Of a DNA stretch of 64,000 nt, positions 27,753 to 36,066 are shown piece after piece. How positions within the stretch are numbered: the stretch's first letter is position 1; every line of letters begins with the position of its first letter. The notes under the pieces are model-generated. The model had not been told where the DNA came from. It worked only from the letters and a program-made list of their open reading frames with translations, and searched no databases. Position numbers and translations under genes: made by a program. This stretch comes from the human T2T-CHM13v2.0 reference genome, Homo sapiens. The stretch lies in NCBI RefSeq assembly GCF_009914755.1, contig NC_060927.1. One strand, written 5' to 3'.

Positions 27753-28278
27753 TGAAGCAGTGTCCTTCGTCTGGGGTAATACCCAAGGTTCGTTGCCTCG
27801 TGCCAAGGAAATCAAGGACATGGACACACAAGGACTGAGTTTAAGAACAGAGGTTTAATAGGCAAAGGAGAAACCCTCCCTTGTGCAGAGGGAGGGGTTC
27901 CGAGCGTATCTCCCAGGGTGCGACGAGATGCGGTTGGTTTTATAGATGAGCTTGAGGATGCGGTGTCTGATTCCCACAGGGTTTAGAGGATTGGTTGGGG
28001 CAGGTGTGTCATTTACACAGAGCGTGAAGAAGTTGGCCACCCCATCCCAACCTTTTATTATGCGGATGAGTTCTGTACCTGGTCGGCACGATGTTGCCTG
28101 CTTTTTTACTGCACCTGTGGCGGAAGAAAAAAATAATAATAAGAAGAAGAAGAAGATGGAGCCTCCGTGTTGAATAGACTTGGCTTCCAGGTATCCCTTT
28201 CTATCGGCACAGCTGCGGCATTCACCCGTGCAAGCTTCCGGCTTGCTTCTCTATGTCTGCAGTTCGATTTTACAAACT

Positions 28279-28323
<45 letters not shown>

Positions 28324-28714
28324 AGACAAAGTCTCGCTCTGTCGCCCAGGCTGGAGTGCATGAACTCGACTCACTGCAAGCTCCGCCTCCCGGGTTCCTG
28401 CCATTCTCCTGCCTCAGCCTCCCGAGTAGCTGGGACTACAGGCACCCGCCACTGCGCCAGGCTAATTTTTTTTGGTATTTTTAGTACAGACGGGGTTTCA
28501 CCGTGTTAGCCAGAATGGTCTCGGTCTCCTGACCTCGTGATCCACCCACCTCGGCCTCCCAAAGTGGTGGGATTACAGGCGTGAGCCACCGCGCCTGGCT
28601 GCAGGCTGCTCTTTGTTAGAAATTATTTGGGGCTGTTTTTTGTTAAAAGGGAAGCCTCGCTGAGGACTTGTTTACCCTCACTATCTGCCTAAATAATTTC
28701 TAGCTCCTATAGCA
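27753..28714 (-). mobile_element. ERV1 solo LTR, MER50-like, interrupted by AluY
   Basis: Reverse complement begins tgctataggagctagaaattatttaggcagatagtgagggta and ends ccccagacgaaggacactgcttca; 4-bp TSD tcac/gcac. Confidence 0.75.
28283..28600 (-). mobile_element. AluY with a 40-nt pure T tail
   Basis: AluY diagnostics ctgcaagctccgcctcccggg, gccattctcc, ccgtgttagcc; ctgctcttt on both flanks. Confidence 0.95.
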
Positions 28715-29500
28715 GCACTTGGACATGCTGAACTGAAGAGGAAGCCTCAAGATCTCTCTGACCTTCCTTCCTCCAAACCCCCATCTCTCAATCCTCTGTG
28801 TCTCTTGAAGCACAGGATGAAGTTGTTCTCCAAAGTTTCTTACCTGCCTAAAGTCCGGACCTACCAAAGAAGAAAACCATTACCTCTGGCCCCTTCCCTG
28901 AATTTTCATGAGCTCAAATGATATCGCAGAAAGGAAGACTGAAGTTGGACAACAAACCTGGGCAAACTTTCGTCAAAAACCATCGTCCCCTTGTGAGCCG
29001 AAAAGACTTAGTCCCAGGCTATTGTATGTTCTTTAAGGTTATTGAATCCGCCTAAAAATTATCTATACTTCCCCATCTCCCTTTCCCCTAAGAAACGGAG
29101 TATATAAGCATTGGTATACCATAGCGGTGTTAGGCAATTACTCTGTGATTCTCCTCAGGGTACGCTAATAAATTTGTGTACCTTTTCTCCAATTAATCTG
29201 CTTTTTGTGAGTCGATTTTTCAGTGAAACATCAGAGGCAAAGGGGACGCTTTCCCTTGGCCCCTACAACTTGGTAGAAATGTAAATTAATACAGCCATTA
29301 TGGAAACAGTATATCCTTTTTCTTTAAAACACAACTGCTGCTACCCTGTCATCGAATTTATTTCTCTTCATCATATTTAAAGACTTTTTGGAGAGTTAGG
29401 TAACACACACTGTGGTATGTGCTCTTCTTTTGACATACGTGTCAAGTCACACTTGAAAATATAGTTTTCAGTTCTTTCTAGGGTAGAGGATTTAGGGGGA

Positions 29501-29502
<2 letters not shown>

Positions 29503-29536
<34 letters not shown>
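29503..29536. repeat. (AC)17 microsatellite
   Basis: Read directly from the sequence. Confidence 0.97.
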
Positions 29537-29538
<2 letters not shown>

Positions 29539-31210
29539 AATTTAGAATTTAAAATTGCTTTGCTATTTTCTACATTTACCAGACCATTTTAGTTCTCTTA
29601 ATCCGACACATGGGAATACTTCACCATGGCTAACACTTTCTTGTTTTTATCGGCTACGATAAAGAGCACAGGGCAAAATCCAAGGCAGAAATGAATAATT
29701 AGCACAAAAATGGGAACTGATAGATATTATTTTATTTTACTTTTCTTACATTTATGAATGTAAATACAGACCCCAGAAACATATAAACAAATATCAGAAT
29801 ATACATATCTTCCTTCAAAATTTGAGAAGAGTAAAAATGATTTTACTCCTTTTTCTAAAAATAAGTTCTAGGCTGCCTATGGTGGAACCTGCTGAAAAGC
29901 ATGTTTTTCAACTGAGAGAGAGAGAGAGAAGAAACATATTATAATATCCTGAAGACTTAGGGTTAAATAAATGATATCACTAAACACAAATGGATTTACT
30001 GAGTACTATACAAACCCCAAAGAGCACATTACAAGTTGAAGAGGGTACAGTATCAATTATATCATTATCTCACCCTACTCTCTGGGTGAATAGTCTGAAA
30101 GCCTAAAATTACAGTTGATGTTAGATTTCTTGGCTTCATTTGCAAATTGGAGTCATTTTCCCCCTTTTTGTTGAATGCCATAAGCACATGTTTTATTGTT
30201 GAAGAGTACCAGTCCTTATAGTTTGTTATGATGTTTTTCTTCTTTTTGTCCTACATGTCAAAGGACCTTTAAAAAAAAATGGATTGTGGAAAATTGGTGT
30301 AACGTTGTATTTCTGAATGATTTGCAATGGTATTAGGTACTACTTGTGCTTAGGCTTTTTGGCATACCATTTTTTAGGAGAGCAGATCTGGAGAAGGCCC
30401 TTCAACTGGCCAGCTGTGCCATTTTGGAACAGATTGAGGGCCTGCAAAAACACCATTTGTTGCCAGTACCGGATATTGTAGGGGTGCTCATCACCCTGTT
30501 ACCATATTTTTGCACTTCTTAACATTGCATAAATAGGCAGCTGTTCTGTATTTAGAATATAAATGAGTCACCAGCTTGCTCTCCCTGGAGGATTTACCTG
30601 CAAGAGGGAACCACGGTGTTAACCCCTTCTCATCAGTTGCATGAATGTCACATTTAAATGCACACTTTCCTCAGCCCACTCAGAAGCAAATCCTCATGCA
30701 TATAAATCACACCTTTCTTGCCAGTTAGACAAGGGGGCCAAAAATATGCAGTTCACAGAGCTAAAATGGAACACATTTCTTTAGCAGTGAAATCAGTAAA
30801 TTAATCAGCTTATAAACTGAGAGTGAGCAATTTGTGCTGAATTATTTCTTACTGCTCCTTCAATAAGAGACAAGGTGCTCTAATCTCATAAAGGGCCATG
30901 ACTTCATTAAGATGGAAAACCATGTTAAAGGGTGTGTTGCAAAATACGAGAAAAGAAAAACCCTGAAGTCACTGAGTTGACTCTCTGGAGCTCTTTTAAG
31001 GACAGGGTTTTTTATTTATTTGGGGAATGACAATTAACCTACAGACTTGGCACAACAAAGAAGCAGAGTGCTGAAGTGGGTCTCATTATAGGACACGGAA
31101 GGCAGTTGGTTTGACCTAATCCCCAGTCGCGGCACATGATTTACATAACAGGCTACCACAAGCTGCCTAATGTTGATTTCAAACAGCTTGATGTGTGCAT
31201 GTGTCTGTGG

Positions 31211-31213
<3 letters not shown>

Positions 31214-31254
<41 letters not shown>
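31214..31254. repeat. (TG)20 microsatellite, a UG repeat in the ROBO2 pre-mRNA
   Basis: Read directly from the sequence. Confidence 0.97.
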
Positions 31255-31256
<2 letters not shown>

Positions 31257-32260
31257 GTTCATTTTACCTCAAGGTACTTTGGAACCAAACATGTCGGTGT
31301 TGGAATGTCCAAGAACAGAAATAGTAAAGCCAGTCAGGAAAAGCAGAGGCAGTTGCAGTATATGGTACATTTGCTGATCTCAACTACTTTTTTGAATGTT
31401 TACCCTAAAATTAATGTAGCTCTGATTTACCACCTAAATGCAGTCCGATAGGGCTGAGCCATCTCTCCAGGCTTTTCATCTTGTCAGGAGCAGAGAAGCA
31501 CAAGTAGATAGATAGGTGACATTTGGAGAGGCAGGCATGCCAGATTTTCGGTGGTTACAGCGAAGGTCCAACCTGCTGTTCTCCTTAATGAAAGGAGGGA
31601 AATTTCAGACAGGCAAAACTGCTATAAGGGATATCTCTGCCCTGAATGTCACACTGCCCAGATGTCACTCGGCAGGTGGAGTTGCAGAATGAAAATGTAG
31701 CCCTGCGTATGTGGGTGCTAGTGTGCTGCAAGGGTGAACTATGAATCTGTCTTCTGAAGTGTAATGAAAACAGTGTGGATCTTGTCTATGTTTGTGTCAT
31801 GAGAAAGGACTTTGTCAAAGAATTCTCACCCCACTTTCCCTCACAGATCATTAGGCTTGCAGGCTCACAAACCACATGCATATATATATGCGTGCACACA
31901 CACACACACATATATGAGTTTCTATATAGAAAATAGAATTATACTAATGAAGGGTTCTGCACCTTGCTTTTTTAATTAATCGCAGAACTGTACATGAATA
32001 TTTCTCATTTTTTTGACTGATTTCATTTTTAAAGTTGAATTTTTGACCAAAGGTGCATGATAATTTAGTCAGCCATTCTCCTGTTGATGATCATTTATGT
32101 TGGCTCCAGAATATTTTAAGGTGGATGTAGCTATGTTCTCAGTAAAAATCCAGGCAATTTTTACTAGAACAAGGTAAACAAGACTTGAAGTTACCTTGTA
32201 CAACAAAAAGCCTAAGTTACTGTCGTTGAGTTTTCTTTTCCTGTAATTATTTTTCCTCAG

Positions 32261-32418
32261 TGTTACGAGATGACTTCCGACAAAACCCCACAGATGTTGT
32301 AGTGGCAGCTGGAGAGCCTGCAATCCTGGAGTGCCAGCCTCCCCGGGGACACCCAGAACCCACCATCTACTGGAAAAAAGACAAAGTTCGAATTGATGAC
32401 AAGGAAGAAAGAATAAGT
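32261..32418 (+). CDS. ROBO2: ROBO2 internal coding exon (exon 3 in recalled ROBO2b numbering), N-terminal half of Ig-like domain 2; 158 nt, phase 1 to 0
   Basis: Polypyrimidine tract and ttttcctcAG acceptor at 32259-60; donor AGT|GTGAGT at 32419. Translates (x)[52 protein letters not shown], with the Ig B-strand Cys and C-strand Trp, matching recalled ROBO2 protein. Not in the ORF track. Confidence 0.97.
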
Positions 32419-32677
32419 GTGAGTTAAATTAAAATCATGGCCCAGAGAGATTGAATTTTCAGTCTCAAAATACAAAATAGATGTATTTTATTCTTTAACA
32501 TTATTAATACAATTGTATTTGAATGTTAATTACAATTTATACTGCCTTGAAAAGATTTAAAAACATTTGGATGAGACTACAAGAGACAAAAATTATGTAA
32601 ATCAAGTGTACATGAAATATTAATAATTGCACCAATCTGAGTTATATCTTTACACTGCAATATTGATATTTTAGCTC

Positions 32678-32970
32678 TTTTTTTTTTTTTTTTTTTTTTT
32701 GAGACAGAGTCTTGCTCTGTCACCCAGGCTGGAGTGCGATCCTGCTCACCGCAACCTCTGCCTCCCGGTTTCAAGTGATTCTTCTGCCTTAGCTTCCCAA
32801 GTAGCTGGGACTACAGGTGTGCGCCACCACGCCCAGCTATTTTTTGTATTTTTTGTAGAGATGGGGTTTCACCATGTTGGCCAGGATGGTCTCCATCTCT
32901 TGACCTCGTGATCCACCCACCTCAGCCCCCCAAAGTGCTTGGATTACAGGCGTGAGCCACCACACCCAGC
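32678..32970 (-). mobile_element. Alu (AluSc-like), ~260 nt downstream of exon 3
   Basis: Full Alu with a small internal deletion; TSD tgatRttttagctctttt. Confidence 0.95.
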
Positions 32971-33704
32971 TGATGTTTTAGCTCTTTTATAAAATCTCCA
33001 GAAGCTTCTGTTGATCATGCAGTACCTGAGTGTTAAAGTATAAATGATAGCCATAAACCACATTAACTACATCTAATTTTGCACCATTTTCAAAAATTAT
33101 AAGAGAAATTAATTTAAGGTGATGAATATCTCAAATGCTTTTTCCAGTTTTTCCAATTGAATAATATTTATAACAGTAAAATTTTATACATGAATTGATT
33201 TAAAAGGAAATTGAATAGATGTAAAATAAAATGGAAATCAAAACAGCTGACTGATTCTGCATGTAGAAAAATAACTGTTTTCAAAGGAAATTTATAATCA
33301 GATTCATCAGTTGATTAAAATTCAAAATGAAACACACAGAAACAGGCAAATGGCATGTAATCATTTTATTTCTTCAGAGGATCCACGCAACATTTGTATG
33401 TGAAGTTTTTAAGTGAGAACCAACCCACAGAAATAGTATGTAATTGCTTAACTTTCTGATATTATTCAGTAGTATAATTTTTATATTCAATACAACTGAG
33501 AGTGAATACATTTAAGATAATTTCTCATTTGACTGAATAAATGTGCCATTTTAATAAAAAAACTATAAAGTATTGGTATCTATTATCTTAAAAATATGTT
33601 TATTACAAATGAGGATTTTTCCTCTGTGCACAGTGAGATTACAACATAAAACAGAACTAGATAGGCTGTGGAAGGGATGACAATGTATATTCATGCGTTT
33701 CTGG

Positions 33705-34427
33705 TATAGAGGCAAAGATATTTTTTCCCTTCACCCTCTAAAGGTTTAAGTCTTTTAGTCTGCTGAAATAAACTGGCAATAGACAGTTTAATGGAAGGAA
33801 GAGCATACAAATGTATTTATATGTAAGTGCAAGGGAATCACACAAAGTATAAAACTCAAAGAAAGGCTAGATGGTTGAAGCTTAATTACCCTCTTCATAG
33901 GATAGAGGGAAGTGGGAATAGTAGGTGATTTTAGAGGAAGATTAAATGATTTTCAGAGAAGATAAGTGGGCCCAACAAATAGACAAAGTTCCTCTGGCCT
34001 CTGGGAGAGGTGGTGACAAGTTCTGGGAAGGTGAGGGGCAGAACTGCACTGCAAGCAAAGGTTGTCTTATTATGTAGATAAAGTCTCAGATAACAACCCC
34101 AAGAAGAATAGTTGAACAGTCTGTCCAGTAGGCATGGTAATGACCTTTAGTTTCTTCTTTGGTGATTAATCTTTGCAGGTTACTGAGATTTCAGACAGGG
34201 GATTTAAGGCAATTGTGTTTCTTTTGGAAGAACTTTTCTCAGTCAGATAAGGAAACTTCAGAGAGCTTCCCTCTCTGTTCTTGGGGCAAGTGGAGGGGAG
34301 AAACAAAGGAATGTCAGAGAGACATTGATGTTAAGGAAGTTTCTAATGACTTACAATTTCCTTTAGTTCAAAGTGCTCAGAAAGCCAAAGCACCACATTT
34401 TGGGATATCGTTTTCTGAGCCCCAACA
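33705..34427 (-). mobile_element. ERV1 solo LTR, MER34/MER39 group
   Basis: Ends cattttgggatatcgttttctgagccccaaca, the reverse complement of the tgttggggctcagaaa start at 27715; body similar to 26424-26951. Confidence 0.8.
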
Positions 34428-34559
34428 CCAGTCTCACTATTAACACTGTGAGATCTACATTACCAAAGAGAGTTTTGTTCTCAGTGGTCTTGCTTGGGTA
34501 CCAAATTTATGAAAATGTACTCCTGATGATGGAGTAAAATCATTGTTTATGGATTGGTA

Positions 34560-34895
34560 GTTTATGTTTATAGCATTTAGCTCTTGCCTATTTAAAGGTG
34601 TGCTGGCAGCTGAATAATCCAGGATGACCTTACCCACAAGTCTGGCAATTGGTTGACTCTCAGCTGGGTATCTTCGTTCCCCTCCTTATGATCTCTAATT
34701 TTCCAGCAGGCTAGTTCAGTCGGTTCCCATGTTGGTCTCAGTTCCAACTCAGCAAGAGAAGGCAAGACACAATGTACAAGAACCTTTCTTCCAGTGAAGT
34801 ATTTGCTGTAGTTCCATTGGTCAAATCAAGTCATATTACCTAGCTCTCAGCTTCAAGGGGAAGGAGAAATGGCCTTCACAGCCATTTTTATAAGC
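34560..34895 (-). mobile_element. MLT1-type MaLR LTR fragment
   Basis: tccaggatgaccttacccacaagtctggc...ttccattggtcaaatcaagtcat...caaggggaaggagaaat motifs. Confidence 0.55.
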
Positions 34896-35945
34896 TCTCA
34901 TTTTATTCTACCAGACAGAATTGAGAACAGGTTAATGGTCTTTTTCACCTATGTAAAAAAAAGTTGAAAATTCCTTTCTAGAACATGACAAGTTGTAAAT
35001 CTTGAAACATCTCTGATAAGAGCCAACGTACATGAGTTGTGTTTGCCTGTGAAATTAAAAAATAATGGAGAAAACCAACATGTTCTTATCTTGTATTTCT
35101 TCAAGAACACTCAATCATTGTAAAGCTAATATTGAATTAAATGAGTACCAAAAAAAAAAAACTGGAAAAGAAACTATGAGTTATAGATTTACTGAAAGCC
35201 TAACTCTGCTTTAATGTCCTCCTTAGCAAATACATATTTTAATATTATTGCATTTGTTTTTATCAGCCAATAAATGCTTCTCATTTAAGAAATCTTGAAG
35301 GGGAACCTATTAGATGCTAATGGTTTATACTAATACATATTACCATTTTATAAACTGTGTTTGTTTTTATCCAACCTGCCATTTTCTCCAAGAATTATCT
35401 CTTAAATACAATTAAGATGAAACAAAGATGATTAATATTAACAGTTGAAATGTGAATTCTAGGGAGGCAAAGATTTTTACCGTTTGATTTACCACTGTCT
35501 CTTAAGTGTCCAGAATATGCCTAGTAAGTATGGATATATATACTTTCTGAATCCCTCTGATTCAGCAGGATTTTATTAGATTATTTAAAATGAATATCTA
35601 GTATTTCTTTCTGATGACAAATGACAATAGCAATTTATTCAAATGAATTTCAGTGTGAAGACTAACTACTGGGATTTAGGGAGGTCAGTCACAAGACTCA
35701 AAATGCGATCAGGAAAGAGAGGACAGCTGCCTTAAAAAATATTTTCTATGAAGAAAGTATGGAAACTTACATTGAGGGTGAATTTAAGAAAAGAAAACAT
35801 ACCTGCAAATGCCAAAATAATGGGAGAGTTTTTTCCTTTGGGAAACAAATATGCTCAAATACTCAAAACTATTTATTAATGACCTTTATTTTCTATTCTG
35901 TTCCTTTTTCTTCCCTTCTCTTTTCTTTTTGTTTGATTTTAACAG

Positions 35946-36066
35946 ATCCGTGGTGGAAAACTGATGATCTCCAATACCAGGAAAAGTGATGCAGGGATGT
36001 ATACTTGTGTTGGTACCAATATGGTGGGAGAAAGGGACAGTGACCCAGCAGAGCTGACTGTCTTTG
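35946..36066 (+). CDS. ROBO2: ROBO2 internal coding exon (exon 4), C-terminal half of Ig-like domain 2; 121 nt, phase 0 to 1
   Basis: Long pyrimidine tract and ttttaacAG acceptor; donor TTG|GTAAAA. Translates [40 protein letters not shown] with the Ig DxGxYxC motif, in frame with the previous exon. Confidence 0.97.

Larger units (their letters stand above)
27715..29267 (+). mobile_element. ERV1 solo LTR, MER34/MER39/LTR29 group, interrupted at 27753-28714
   Basis: TG...CA termini (tgttggggctcagaaa ... cttggcccctaca); TATA-like tatataa at 29101; AATAAA at 29167; flanks attt/actt. Confidence 0.8.
27557..29310. mobile_element. Short L1MA-type insertion with a 5' inversion: minus-strand 3' end ~27557-27631 plus plus-strand ORF2-end piece 27632-27714 / 29268-29310; hosts nested LTRs
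   Basis: tttttatttgaca...tttactgggtacaatgt (reverse L1MA 3' end) joined to acacctgttagaa...agggaacccttgta|ttggtagaaatgtaaattaatacagccattatggaaac (forward L1); 15-bp TSD atatccYttttcttt at 27542-56 and 29311-25. Confidence 0.7.

Noticed and set aside
31255-31279. Alternative 17-nt mini-exon after the TG repeat (tAG|gttc...AAG|gtactt)
   Set aside because: No pyrimidine tract and a weak donor; less plausible than the upstream 24-nt candidate.
31136-31377. ORFs with CVCVCV runs (also YLSI at 22348 and HTHT at 39324)
   Set aside because: Microsatellite translations.
28350-32750. Overlapping small deletions at the same consensus position in two neighbouring Alus, suggesting gene conversion
   Set aside because: The deletions differ (about 6 vs 8 nt) and the Alus have different subfamily diagnostics; independent microhomology-mediated loss is simpler.
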